From Euprymna scolopes (lineage: Eukaryota), in the NCBI GenBank assembly GCA_053919585.1, contig CM132816.1: a stretch of DNA of 64,000 nt. One strand, 5' to 3'. Positions 28,597 to 42,157 of the stretch are shown here, one piece after another (the stretch's first letter is position 1; the number at the start of each line of letters is the position of its first letter). A program made the translations under genes and the position numbers. The notes under the pieces were generated by a model, which was given only the letters and a program-made list of their open reading frames with translations, did not search any database and was not told the DNA's origin.

Positions 28597-28990
28597 AGGA
28601 ATTCGCAAAATGCAGGATCGGATTTTGCATATAAAAGTATTTAATGAAACTACAAGTAAGTCAAAAATCTCACTTGGTTAAAAAAAGGGTGAGGTAAGGG
28701 GAACAGGAGGCAAAAGAAAAATAATAAAAAGATTTCACATGAATGGATAGTCCGGTGAAGGGTAAAAATCCAAAAATGGTAAAATCCAAAACGGTCGAAT
28801 TTAAAATTTCAATCTGATAGGTAAATTCCAAATGGTCCAAAATCATCCAAAAGGCAGAGTTCCTTGGAAAAAAGTGCAAATGGAATGAATTCCAAATAAT
28901 TAAAAGAAAAGTACTAGAGATAATATTTGAAACATGTCTGTCAAGGCTGGATGAATCAAAAAAATTTAAGGCTTAAAAAATTATTATACA

Positions 28991-29772
28991 AGTGGAGAAA
29001 GAAAAAAACAGAGCTATGCAAAATTTGTGTCGAGACTTGTCTAAAGTACCGATTTTTTTTCACATTAATTTGAACGTGAATTTATGAGGTGAATTTATTC
29101 TAAACAATATGATTCAACTCCATAAAATATATATAAGCTAACATGAATTCAGATTAAAGTAAAGGGGTTATTGTGGGCCCTCACCCCTTTTAAAAAACCC
29201 TGTCAAACTTTGTGACATATTTACATTCTATGGAGGTCAGGCGCGTACGAACACCCAATAATATTATTACACCATATTTCTTCAAACTGAAAATAATTAC
29301 GAATAAGCTCCTATATATATGAAAATAATTATCAAAGTATAGATACGCAAATAGATATGAAAAGTCTTTGTAAAAGTGTGTGCCATATTCCATGGAGCAC
29401 AGACGCGAACGCAGACCATACAATTTTATGATACCACCCCTATTTAAGTTGAAACATACTTCTCAAAGTATCCTTATGTACATCTATATCAAAAGCGCTT
29501 GTACACGTATTGTTTTCATTTTTTATTTCCATACTTTGCGGGTCAGGCGCGAACGCAGGGCTCACAATTTTTATGAACTACCGTTCTGCCAGATAAAACA
29601 TACCCATTCCTGATCCTCGATACAACTTCTATCATTATATGTTATCTGTTTTTTTTTTAAATAGTCAACCATATAGGAGCAAATTATTGACCAGACACAC
29701 ACACACACACACGCACGCACACACACACGCACACACACGCACACACACAGACCTTCATATTTATATTATAGA
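28991..29772 (-). mobile_element. Helitron-like copy (subfamily B), 3' end not found
   Basis: 5' end A|TCTATAATATAA at 29772. Body matches ~23000-23493, and the left ~200 bp is shared only with ~30780-30990. Confidence 0.75.
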
Positions 29773-30779
29773 TAATATTAATATACAAGAAATAAATGTT
29801 ACCATAGTCGATAAAAGTTATTTTTATGGTAGAAAATTTCATTGTTTGCATGTTTTAGTAGTTTGTATTTTTTTTTAATTCACGAACCGTTTAAGAAAAA
29901 TGAAAATGGCAGCGACTTTGAAATGGAGGGCCCCGTTTTCAATTTGAAGAAGGGGCACCTGAGCATTCTGTTTTAACAATTTAAGAGAGTTCCGTCAACG
30001 AAAGGATTATTTATAAACCTATTTTAATGTTTCCGTTATCTTATGCTTGAGGAATATTCGATTATGGTATTTGTAGCTTATATAAAAATTCATTTAAGTA
30101 GTTATCGCCTCAAATTTCGTTTAATTTCGGTTCGCTTAAATTATCTCAAGTAAAGAGCATTATACACTATTGCAAAACAAAGAAAATTGAACTGAACTTT
30201 TATTGACTATGATAACATTTATTTCTTGTATATTTATTCTTCGGGCAGTCGTTTGTTAGCTTTTATGCTAAACACTCTTACTTAATAATATCGACGAAAT
30301 ATCGAAAAACAAAGAAACAAAAACATTTTTGAAAAATAATGAAGCTTTACTTCCTTTAGTAAAATAATCTGAAACAGCAAAATGAGATATTAAAAAAGTA
30401 AACACGTAATCACTTAAGTTTTTTAAAGCAATAAATCGATATAAATATTAATAAGAAGAAAATTGCGCCTTTTCAAGCAGAACAGCTTCGTTTCCGTTTT
30501 ACAGTATTGAACGGTGTAGTATTGCGCCGTCGGATTCAGGGTTATACCATTGTAATGTAAAGAACACACAGAAAGGGTTAGAATAAACTGAATTTCTTGT
30601 AGTACACTGACAGAAAACTTTAACAGATATATAAATAAAACTAAAAAGGTTATGTAAATGTTTAAAAAAGACACGTAATCATATGAGCAGGATTTTTCCT
30701 TCTCTTGACACGATAAGAAGTGACGTTCTTATTTTTTATTATTTATCTTTTTATCTATTTTCGAAAAAAGTGCCACGTG

Positions 30780-31453
30780 CAAGTGGAGAAGGAAAAACAG
30801 AGTTATGCAAAATTTGTATCGAGAATTGTCTAAAGTTCCGACTTTTTTTTTTGCTTTCACTTTAATAAGAACGTGAATTTATGAGGTGAATTTATTCGAC
30901 ACAATATGATTAAACTCCAAAAGATAAAATAAAGCTAACGTCAATTAAGATTAAAATTAAGGTGTTATTGTGGACGCTTACCCCTTTAAAAAAACCTTGT
31001 TAAACTTTGTGACATATTTACATTTCGTGGGGCTCTTGCGTGAACGAACACCCAATAATGTTATTATACCATATTTCTTCAAACTGAAAATAATAATCAA
31101 AGTATGTTTACACAAATAGATATGAAAAGTCTTTGTTAAAGTATGTGCCTATTTCCATAGAGTACAGACGCGAACGCAGACCACACAATTTTATTATACC
31201 ATATTTAAGTTGAAACCTCTTTATCAAAGTATTCTTATGTACATGTATATCAAAAACCCTTGTAAACGTTTTTTTTTTCATTTTTTTTCATACCTTGGGT
31301 GCCAATCACGAACGCAGACCCCACAGTTTTTATGAACCATCGTTCTGCTGGATCGAACATACCCATTCCTGATCCTCGATGCATTTTCCATTATCATATT
31401 TAATTAGTTTTTTTTTTTAAATAGTCTACCATATAGGAGCTTATTCGTGACCA

Positions 31454-31488
<35 letters not shown>

Positions 31489-31508
31489 GCCCAGCTTTGT
31501 ATTATAGA
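30780..31508 (-). mobile_element. Helitron-like copy (subfamily B)
   Basis: Colinear with 28991-29772; 5' end A|TCTATAATACAAAG at 31508. Confidence 0.75.
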
Positions 31509-33641
31509 TATTTGAAAATATATGTTTTTAATTATGCATATATATATTATTATTTAATATTTACTTTAGCTTCTTTTTAGTAGAAAAAAAAACATCTTAA
31601 CTGTAAAGGGCTTACCGGTTTCTTTCATTTAGCGTCTTATAGATAGAGTTGATTAAGTAAGCGTTGCAGCAAATTTGTGGCGGGACTATTTCTATTAACT
31701 ATGTATCTATAAAACACTAAACGATGCATAGCGTGTGAGGTAGGGGGCGAGCAATTTTTGAGTAAATATATCAGAGAAACGTATTTTGCAAAATAATTAT
31801 GCTTTTTTTCTACGGCAAGTGACATGAGAAAACCTCTTATATATTAACAAAACAAGAAATCAGCAATGTGTTTAGTAACTTTGCCACATCCGAGCTTGCG
31901 TTCGAACCACTTGTCTCCCAACTTTTAACATCATCTCAAAAGAGCCGTATGTCTCTCATGTTCCAACATTTGTTCCGTCGCAGCAATGTCTCATCTATAT
32001 GCTTGTTTTACATGCACTTAAATGGGGTGTGCTTTGATAAATTCATAGCATTGTGTGTCCTTGATGTACGTACTTTCGACAAAACTGACACGCAACAACA
32101 TCCAACATTTTCACTGCTTAGGTTCCTAGGTGTGATAAACATTATTTTATTCTCATAGTTTTCCCCTTTTTCGGATGAAAAACTAAGGTATTTTTCCTTG
32201 TTTCCTTGCTTTCATAACAGCCCATTTTTAAACACGATTCCAAATAGTATCCCCTTACGGTTCAAGTAACGATATGTCTTATTTGGGATTTAAAAAAAAG
32301 AGTAAAAATGTATTACTTAATTTACAAAGTGAGAAAACCTGAAAAATAAGTAAAAACGAAAGTAACATAGCATTCAAGAAACGAAACAGTATTGAAAGCA
32401 AAATATGTTAAAAAACAAAATAGGAAAGTTTCAAATGTAATACCATGGAAATAATTGAATAAAAATTGAGTAAAATATTAATGAATATATTTATATTATT
32501 AATTACTTCTGATTAAAAATTTCGCATTTCGATACTCCTGAGATTTGTAAGCTGGCCATCCTTTCCCGATTAACAGTTAAAAAAAAATAATAATATTAAT
32601 TTAAACAAAATGTCATAATTATTTTTAAAACGAGTTTGTCTTTACACATGTGGGGGCCGTAAATATCATTTTTGCTTCTTTGATTTTCCATGTAATAACT
32701 TGGTTAGTCAAGGGAGATAACTCAATTCTATTATTGTCTTGATTTTAGAAATCGTACAACGGTTTAAATACGGAAACAATTCTCCAAACTAATCGTGATT
32801 TTTTGTTTGTTCATTTTAATAACAATTTCACGCCCGTAACAAGATGGCGCTATCTTCAGTCAAAGGAGGTGTGCGATTTATTAAGCTTCGGGGGGATAGG
32901 GGATTTCGAATTTAGTCGACAGAGATAAAGCATAGCAAATGGCTTTATTTGCTGTTGTTTTTTTTATAATACCCTTCACCCAAAATACATTTAAGAACAG
33001 TTTAAGCACACGTATTATTGAAAGGAGAAAGATTAATTTAAAAATGATATTTAGTTTTCCAAAGGAAGAATTTAAACCACAAAAATACATGCCTTCGAGT
33101 ATGTTATAAGATAAATAATATCTCATTATAGTAAACATGATGCGTTGTCTGCAACCGAATATATGTCAGTAACTACCGTGCAATTTTACTAGTTCACAGC
33201 ATCATTAGCAAGCTTCTCATTTTATACGAGGAGCGTTCAAATATTCTTATCTGTTATTTTTCTTCCGCTTTAATGGATCAGTCGATAGTGCCAATTGTGG
33301 TCTTGCGCATTACTGGTTTTAACTTACATCTATTTGGGGCATATATTTATGGGATAAAACAAAGTAAAAAAACACCTGTCGTAAACGTGCGTCAGAAACG
33401 TATGCTCGTCAGTGAATTCCTGGCAATATTGCATTAAAACATGTGCTGACTATATAGAAAAAAGAATATTCGCAAGAACAATATACCGTTCGTTTTTATG
33501 GTTCTTGTCGCGTCTGTATAATATTTATCAACGTTTTGATTGAACAGGTGGTTTAATATTGTGAAATACCCTCGACTATATTATCAGAATATCTTAAATC
33601 CGCTTCTTGTGTACTCTTACGTTCGCGGGTGCATAAAATCG

Positions 33642-33842
33642 TAAATGCGGTCAATATTGGTTATAACCAAATTTCTGTTATTGTTTCAGCGGTTCGATAT
33701 TGTTGCTTACTAATAACACGAACGCCGGTTTCGTTTTGAAAAAAAAATATTTAATATAGCAACAGAGAGAACTCAAACCAAGGTGTAAGAGAGGAAAAGA
33801 AAGAAAGAGAGAGAGTGAGATAGAAAGAGAGAGTGGGGGAAG

Positions 33843-33894
<52 letters not shown>

Positions 33895-34135
33895 GGGTAC
33901 GTATGTGCGCGCGTGTGTATGCGTGTGTGTGTTGGTGTATGTTTGCGTTTTGAGGCTGACTTTTGCCACCTGTGACCACCGTCCACCTAAACGCGGTCAA
34001 TATTGGTTATAACCAAATTTCTGTTATTGTTTCAGCGGTATTGTTCCTTACTAATAACACGAACGCCGGTTTCGTTTAAAAAAAATATTTAATATAGCAA
34101 CAGAGAGAACTCAAACCAACGTGTTAGAGAGGCAA

Positions 34136-34175
<40 letters not shown>

Positions 34176-34275
34176 GGGGGTACGTATGTGCGCGCGCGTG
34201 TGTATGCGTGTATGTGTGTTGGTGTATGTTTGCGTTTAGAGGCTGACTTTTGCCACCTGTGACCACCGTCCACCT
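33642..34275 (+). repeat. Tandem duplication (346 bp + 288 bp copies)
   Basis: taaa(t/c)gcggtcaatattggttataaccaaatttctg...gaccaccgtccacct at 33642-33987 and 33988-34275; the copies differ mainly in the GA/TA microsatellite. Confidence 0.9.
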
Positions 34276-34335
34276 ACCGGACTGGTCTGACCGCCGCTAT
34301 TCTTTTTTATGTCTTCAAGCTTAAAGAGATAGGCT

Positions 34336-35006
34336 TACTCCTCGGTCTAACGTTCACAGGAAACATGAGTTGGAAGGATTACATTGAGAGCATTGCCATG
34401 GCCGCTGCGAAGAAGATAGGTTCTCTCTACCGTAATAGAAAGCTACTAACGCCCGAAAGAACCTCTACATCTATAAGGCCACTAGTCGCCGATGTAGTGA
34501 GTATTATTGTCATATTAGGGCTGGTGTATTTGCTACTAGTCTCTCGCACCTAGCCATGGTTAAAAAGAGAGTCGCCGATCTGATAGGTCCTGGACTGTCA
34601 TCTAAGCTTCAGCCTCTGTTCCCTCGACAAAATTTTGCATCCCTCTGCCTATTCTATTTTAACGGTGAATGTTCCGACGAACTGCTAACACTTGCATCCC
34701 CTCGACATAAATACCCCCAACAAACCCGACAAGCAGCTAAATCATACACCTTCACAGTAGAAATCCCTAGATGTAAGAGAGCCTTATACTCCAGTAGTTT
34801 CTTCACCAGGACCACTAGACTTTGGAAGTCCCTTCCGGGTCGCCGCTTCCCCAACTGTACTGACATGCAGAATTTCAAGTATAACGTGAACCGATATCTT
34901 GCTGCCAAACTCCCTTGATAGTACACCAATAGCTTATGTCCCTGAAAGTAACCCCCTACATAAAGGTGGCAATGTGCTTTTTTTGGGTGAAAATGTTATA
35001 AAAAAA
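34336..35006 (+). mobile_element. Older CR1/L2-group LINE 3' fragment
   Basis: LLGLTFTGNMSWKDYIESIAMAAAKKIGSLYR, LQPLFPRQNFASLCLFYFNGECSDEL and FFTRTTRLWKSLP are homologous to the 5491-6237 protein. Frameshifted, ends in an A-rich tail. Confidence 0.88.
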
Positions 35007-36722
35007 TTTCCGAGGCAGGATACGTGACTTATTCACTATAACTCTTAGGAATTCTAATTCTTTTGGGATCTATCATCCCACCCTTTCGCTCTTTCATACG
35101 CTTATTAAATCCATTGATAGAAATGAACCATCTTTCTAATAATATTGAATTTAATATACATGGCAGTGCTTTTACAACTGTGCTGACTTGCAGAAGTTAA
35201 AATGTAATAATGAACAGACATCTTGATACTCATCTCACTTCATAATATTCCTGCAACATGTCTCCGATAGTAGCTCCCTATTTCAAAATGACAGTGTGCG
35301 TTTTTGGGGTAAACATTGAATTAAAAAAAATGTGACGAACCCTATAAAGCCTATAAACCCTTGAATACTGTCGTTTGCGTGACACTGCTGTCCGAACTTT
35401 CACTTTCTGGTTACCACTTGACGCGTCTTCTCTCCGCTCCAAAACGAACGTCTGCAACTTTAGCTTTTCTCCCCCCGAATCCGACTTTTCTCTTCTACAA
35501 ATATAACTTCTCTGCTCGCAATCTAACTTCAGAATACCTTCCTTCCCCAAATCACTCCTCTTTTATCTCCAATCAGGAGCATCTCATTTGCATACCTCGT
35601 GGTCACCCTGTAGGCATATAAAGAAACAGGGCAGCCATTTTTGTTTCTTTCTTCTTCATTATGAACACGAGGTAAGCCACACAAAAACGCGGTCGGTCGT
35701 TCTTGTTTCTTTTTTCTTCATTTACACCACAAATACTATATTTGCAGTCTTACTATATGCATTACAAAAATAACCTCTTTTAATGATTGACTTGTTGGGC
35801 AAGTTCCAGTCAAAAATATCCAACCGCCTTTGTTTGGTCGCTGTTTAGTCATTGGTCATCTCATGATGTGTTTTTTTTTGGGGGGGTGTAACTTTTTCAC
35901 TTACCTGTATTTAACACGTCAGATAGTTTTCTGTCGAATTACATCAAGATCATATCAAAATAATCACTAGATTATTCGTGAAATTAAGAGTGTATCACTG
36001 ATCATATCATGGCAATGCCAAACAATCGTGTGCCAGAATTGTCATTCCACGTCGAATTCGGATGTATTGATCACCATAATTCTGGTAAAACAAACAATAT
36101 TAATTAATTAGAATTCAACATTGGAAAAGCTTTTTAATTCAGTTGTACAAAGTACGATTCGCTTGCCGAAAGGCTGTAATATTTAAGATAAGCACACGTT
36201 ACTCTAACGTGTAAAAGTAATGTATCTCTTTGTCCTCAACTTAATTTTGATTGATACCTATAATGATGATATTGTATGGGGCGGTTTTAAAAACAGTAAA
36301 CATTAAGGAGATTCTACTAACTTTGAAGGGCGTTATATTTAATTAATTGTGGTTTATTATAGAATAAAACCGTTCAACTTACGTGTACGTGTAACTGATA
36401 TTTTAACACTGAACTAATTTCAGTTGATACCTATAATCATGATGTTGAAAGGAATGGTTTTATAAAGAGTAAATATGTAGGCGATCATACTAATTTCATA
36501 AGGTGTTATAGGACGTTTATTTTCAAACCCATCTAAATCAGATCCGCTGTTAATAAAAATAATTACAATTAGACCTTGTAAAAACACATTTTTTACACTT
36601 GATAAATAAAAAAACGTGATGCACAAGCCAGGCAAAGATTGAGGTGTATATATGTCTTAATATATTCGTAAACTACAGACAGGGTGTTTGATTCCATTAC
36701 CTATTTCATAAATGCGATTTGG

Positions 36723-36777
<55 letters not shown>

Positions 36778-36876
36778 GAATATGTTCGATATGAAAACTA
36801 GTGGCAACGTATATGCAAATATATGTTTCATTGACAACCCTGCGAGGGAAAACCACATCATCAGGCAAGAATATCT

Positions 36877-36924
<48 letters not shown>

Positions 36925-36944
36925 TTTATAAAATATATATGACG

Positions 36945-37000
36945 ATTTAGCTACACTGAATATTCGGCGTTTCATCCACTCTAGGATTCCTCAGGCTTAT
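36945..37000 (-). ncRNA. Type I hammerhead ribozyme downstream of the Penelope-like endonuclease ORF
   Basis: Minus strand reads AAGC CUGAGGA AUCC(UAGAGU)GGAU GAAA CGCCG-AAUAUU-CAGUG UA GCU. Predicted cleavage is after GUA (36952|36951). Confidence 0.8.
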
Positions 37001-37839
37001 GCGCGAATTCTGTGGTTGTTTATCGTTTTTATATGGTCCCCTTCTATTGAGGATTTACTTAACTAATCAGCTTTCTAGTATCCACCGCGCCCTTTTTATC
37101 AGCCAATGGGCATGCATTTTCTCGGACAAAGGATCTGTTTTAAAACTAGTTTAGTGTTTTTTTTTATTGTTAGTTTATATATAAATACATATATGTGTAC
37201 ATACATATATGCACATCTATATATATATACACACATGTAAATATATGCATACATATATGTGTGTGATCGTTTATGTATATGCATGTTTATTTAATTTATT
37301 TATTTGTCTATTTTCTATTATTTTTGTTAGTTTTAAAACTATTTTGTATCGCTATCCTAGAGCAAAATTTTATCTTGTGAACACAGTTGTTTGCTATTTC
37401 TCTTCTACAGTTTAATAGATGTTGGGGTTCTTTAAAGTACAGGATAGCAAACTTTTCATGAAGGCATAATCTACATGGGTCGTCTAGATTCCTACACGTG
37501 GTAGCTTGTCTTATTATTTTCAATCCGACTACCGGCGAATGTCCGCTTTCTTTGAGTTCCCAGTATTTATTCGCTAGTGTTGATTTTATACGGTATTTTT
37601 TATTGTTGAATGTACTTTTGTGGTCATAGTATCGGGTGTTGAAATCTAGGGAAGTCATGTCTACGTAATATTTCTTCTTGTTATTCGGGTTTTCTTTCGC
37701 AAATATTGTTGTCTGATAAACTACGCTTTATTTAGACATTTATTTTGAAGTGGGCAAAGTGTGCGGTGTCTAAGTTGCATTTATCTTGTTCGTTATTAGT
37801 ATTTTTATTTATAGTATGGTTGTTCTTGTCCGGGGTTGG

Positions 37840-37841
<2 letters not shown>

Positions 37842-37899
<58 letters not shown>
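37842..37899. repeat. (ATT)n microsatellite inside the PLE linker
   Basis: Direct inspection. Confidence 0.95.
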
Positions 37900-38829
37900 T
37901 CTGGTAGTGTTAGCTTTATTTTTTTCATGGTGTTTACTTTTTTATTGTGTATTTTGGTGTTGTTTACATTGTTTTTATTTAGTATTTTGTTATTATGTGC
38001 TTTAGTTATCATGTCAAAATTTTCGCAACAACTGTAGGATAACTTTAAGGTATTTTTATTGAAGATTTTGTGTAAGGGGTTGGTTGCGGGAAATTGTTTT
38101 TCAATAAGAACTAGAAATTACTTGCCAAGTGTTGTTTAGCACGGTAGTGTTACTGTGTAAGAACAAATGTTTAACGTGTAAAAGATGTATTTTAGTCAAT
38201 CGTACTTATGAAAAAAACTGCAGATTGTTCTACCAAAGAAAAAAGTTTAGTCAGGGTTATCTAGCAAAGTATGAACTTTAGTCAATCGTACTTAAAAAAA
38301 TAAAATAGACCTTGCTTACAAAAGATAAAATAATGCGCAATCACAATGTGTCTATGTGTCGAAAAACAGCATTTAATGACAAGGTTTGTAATGCAGTTTT
38401 GCAACCCGAGAAATTATCTGTTATTTATGTCTGTGTTGATCTATCTATATATCTATGCGATATATCTCGATTCAGCTATCTACCTCGATTTAGCTATCTA
38501 TATAACTGCGAGGTAAACAAGAGATGCGATATGAAGTTATGTTTTTTTAAGAGTTGTCAGAACATTACAAGCTCTAAAATGGACAGGTTGCACCGTAAGT
38601 TCTAATAGTAGCTGACCATAAGGACGCGGTTGTCACGTGATCGGGTAAGCTGGACATTGAGTTCTAGTTGGAATTTGGACGTAAAAATGAGCGCACGGGT
38701 TAATGACTGCCCCCCTTAAGAGGGAAGTGACGTGCCTCCAAATAAGATATTAGAATTAACCACAGGCAAAGACAACATAATAAAAAAATAGGGGTCTTAT
38801 GTTTGATTTTAACAAACAGATAACCAACA

Positions 38830-39235
38830 TGAGAACAGGTAAATTTGCATATGAATATCAGGAATAATAATTGTTATAGGAAAGACCTTTGTGGTATCAC
38901 CGTATTTATATCATATTGTTTAGATGTACGACCATCGAGAACAACCTGGATTTTTCTCTTACTAAGAAAGGATTTAATTACGTCATGTATTCTTCTAGTG
39001 ATACCAACTGGTCTGATTTTCCTTAGAAGACCATCGTGCCCTTCCCTGTAAAAAGACTTAGATATATCGAGGGCTACCGCTCTATCGTCCCTTGCTTTGT
39101 CCAGTGAACGGTATATACGTTCAGACATAACAGGTAGAGTATATGCTGTGGAACGGTCTTGTCTAAATCCATCTAGATGATCGGTCAGAAGTTTAGCAGC
39201 TGAAGGTATGAGTAAGGAGTATTAATCCCTTATAA
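38830..39235 (-). mobile_element. CR1/L2-group LINE RT internal fragment
   Basis: RAVALDISKSFYREGHDGLLRKI..IKSFLSKRKIQVVLDGRTSKQYDINTVIPQRSFL matches the LDISKAFD...GVPQGS region of LINE RT. Confidence 0.85.
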
Positions 39236-40948
39236 ATCGCATTAGCGTAAACAGATGTGCCGTAAATACAATGATACACAAATATATATTATTGAAATAA
39301 AATAATTCCAATATTTAAATAACATTTTTAATAATACATTTATTTACAGAGTTAGTACAAAAGCCAATATGTAAATAAACGTATAATAAACCGTTTCCTT
39401 ATGGATATATACATGAATTTTATGCACATTACAAAACATAAAAATTTGTTTAGTACGCAATGTATATCAACAAACATTGCGTGCAGCAAGTTAACTCGTC
39501 TTTGTATTTTTCAACAACTCGCTTTATATATAACATAGTCTGAGCTCTAAAATATTTCGCAAAAAATGAGATTATAAAAATACTGTGCATAGATTGACGC
39601 ATAACGCACCGGGGAAATTTGCTCCGCCAATGGAAGTTTTATCTTCAATGAAAAATGTTCGATTAATCTAGAAGGGAACGGTTTCCTTTTGTTAATAGTT
39701 GTTCTACAACTTTCATGAAATATATTTGAGTACATTCTCGTTTGTTGCAAAAATAAAACTGGCACTTTAAAATACATTATAGTTTTCAAACTTCATATTA
39801 TCATCTTACGTACGATTTTATGCTGGTTATCAATTTTTCCTGAATTTTAGGGCCATGATTAGCAACTAAAAAAAATAACAAGAAAATACGCTATCCAAGT
39901 TTATGATTCTGGGTTTCACTAAGCAGTAATTATAACATTATACAAAAAATGACAATTGTTTAGGATGAAATTAGAACACTATTCGCTGGGTAAAAAAGTT
40001 GGTACCGTGAGCCAATCAAATAAAATAGCCTTTATCGTAAATCGTGTAGATAGAATGGATGCATTTACTGCCTATCTTTCTATCGATCTATATGGGTAAA
40101 TCAGAAAACGTATCATTTCACACAACTACGCGTTTGAGTTTTATTTTTTGAAAAATAAAAAAATAATAATAATTATATAACTAGCCAAGATGAATAAATT
40201 AAATTAACGAAAAAAGCTGACGAGTATAACTTGCGGATAAAATGCGTTTACATAAAAACAAATTAATTACCTTATATTAAAGTGAAACTTTTTTATTTGT
40301 TCCGATGGATATCGACAGAATATATTAAGTGAAAATGATTTTGTCTAACCTGAATAATAAGTTATTCATTTTTTTCTTTTATTTTCATTTTATTACGTTC
40401 ATCGAATTTTGTTCGGCATTTAATTTATTTCCTTATATTCTTTTCGCAGACAGTATTTTCCAACATGACGGTAAATTGTGCCTGCTTTGGGCAGATTAAA
40501 CAATAGTGGATTAATGAAAAGATGAAACGTGGTATATATTGTAAATTTAACAAAAACCGACAATTAAGATCGTTTCTGCAATAATCTCTGTCTAAAATTT
40601 AAAAAAAGACAATATCAAGATATGTACTAGTGTATATCGATGTATTCGTTTATCTAAAAACAATTTTATATCAGTTAGAGGTAGGACAAGCAAAATTATT
40701 TGTACCATGATAATCAAAGCCTAATGTTTCTCATCAGGGGAGGGAAAGCAGGCTAGTCAACACTAAGGATGTTGCATCTAGCGATAGCTACACTACGAAG
40801 GAAATAATTGTGCGTAAGAGGAAACTGGTTATCTATTGAAACTGTTAAAGGAGAAAACTGATAAAAATACAGTGATATGTGCGATAGATAGCTTTTGTTG
40901 CAAAAAACGCATATATTACTGCAGTCCTCTCATTTCCCTCCTCTAAAG

Positions 40949-42157
40949 ATCAGGTGTTGCGGAATTTTGATTTAAGTTTAAAATAAGGTATTAAAGTATA
41001 CGTTTTCGTTAGAATAACTATATTTTGTATATCATTTTAAAGCACGTTTCGCTCTCCTCTACTCGTTTTGGATAGCATACTTCCAACGCAAGTATGTCAT
41101 ACAAGATGGAAAAAAGAAAATTCGCGCAATGTCCTTATTTAAATTCAAACTAGAGTGAAAGGATTCTGAAACAGCTCGCAATATCAACGAAGCGTTTGGC
41201 ACAGTAACAACTTATGAACGCATAGACAATGGTGGTTTAAGAAATTTCATAGCGGCGATGAGAAACTTGAACATGATGTGCGTATTAGTCGATCATCGGA
41301 TGTTGAAAATAATCAAGACCCCTAGTTTAAGTCAACCAACGCAAAACTGTTTGAGGACTTGTTTCGGAATTAGACGTAAAATATACGATAATTTCCAACG
41401 ATTTGAAGGAGATTGGTAAGTCAAAATGTGATAAAATCGTGCCTCCCGAATTGAAGGGATTGACGGAAACTCCGTCATCAGTGGCATATCAAATTAGAAC
41501 TACCAGTTTCTCGACCGTTTTTTTTTTTTCATCTAGATGAAAATAATTTACAAACGACAAACTGGCAACGCTCAGCTCAGAAATTAGACGCCGACAAAGC
41601 AAACTGCACTTCCAGAAGTCAGGCTTGTTCCAAGAGAACGTAATGCCGTCTATTTAGTGGCATCAGCCATAATATTATTTTGAATGCGGCGAAATCATTA
41701 CGGCGGAAAAGTTCTCAAAATAAATGGATGAAATACATCAGAAACTTCGACAACAACACCCAGCATTAGTCAACAGAAAAAAGTTCAACTTTCCTCCATG
41801 AGGACGTCGGACCGCACGTTTATTAACTGACTCTTCACCGTTGAACGAATGTGACTATAAAATTCTGTGTTAACCGCTATGATCTACAAAGAGCTAACCT
41901 ACCGACTACCAATGTTCCAAGTATCTCAATAACTTTCTGTGAGAAAAGCTTCAAAAACCTCAGCGATATCTAAAACGCCTTAATCGTCACAATTAATGAT
42001 AATCTTTACGCTGTTGGCATAAACACAATAGTTTTGCGTTGGCAAAAGTGTGTTGATTATGATGGGGCTTATTTCAATGAATAAATTTTTGTCTGAGCCG
42101 AGATATGTTTATCTACTTGAAAATTTAAAAACCGTAAGAACTATTTTGGCAACCTAA
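40949..42157 (+). mobile_element. Decayed mariner (Hsmar1/cecropia-like)
   Basis: Fragments RAMSLFKFKL, SETARNINEAFG and WWFKKFHSGDEKLEHD from 41106. The right TIR aaaaccgtaagaactattttggcaacctaa resembles the Hsmar1 TIR. Many stops and frameshifts; the left end is approximate. Confidence 0.88.

Larger units (their letters stand above)
36935..38140 (-). mobile_element. Penelope-like element 3' part (Cys-rich linker, GIY-YIG endonuclease, pLTR with hammerhead)
   Basis: SYSCCENFDMITKAHNNKIL, then (with frameshifts) KCNL..LCPLQNKCL..VYQTTI..KYYVDMTS..FNTRYYDH..STLANKYW..CRLCLHEK..LLNCRREIANNCVHK (ORF 37308-37658). Confidence 0.88.

Noticed and set aside
38191-38294. 18-bp direct repeat tttagtcaatcgtactta as a TSD
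   Set aside because: The enclosed 68 bp has no element features; a small local duplication is more likely.
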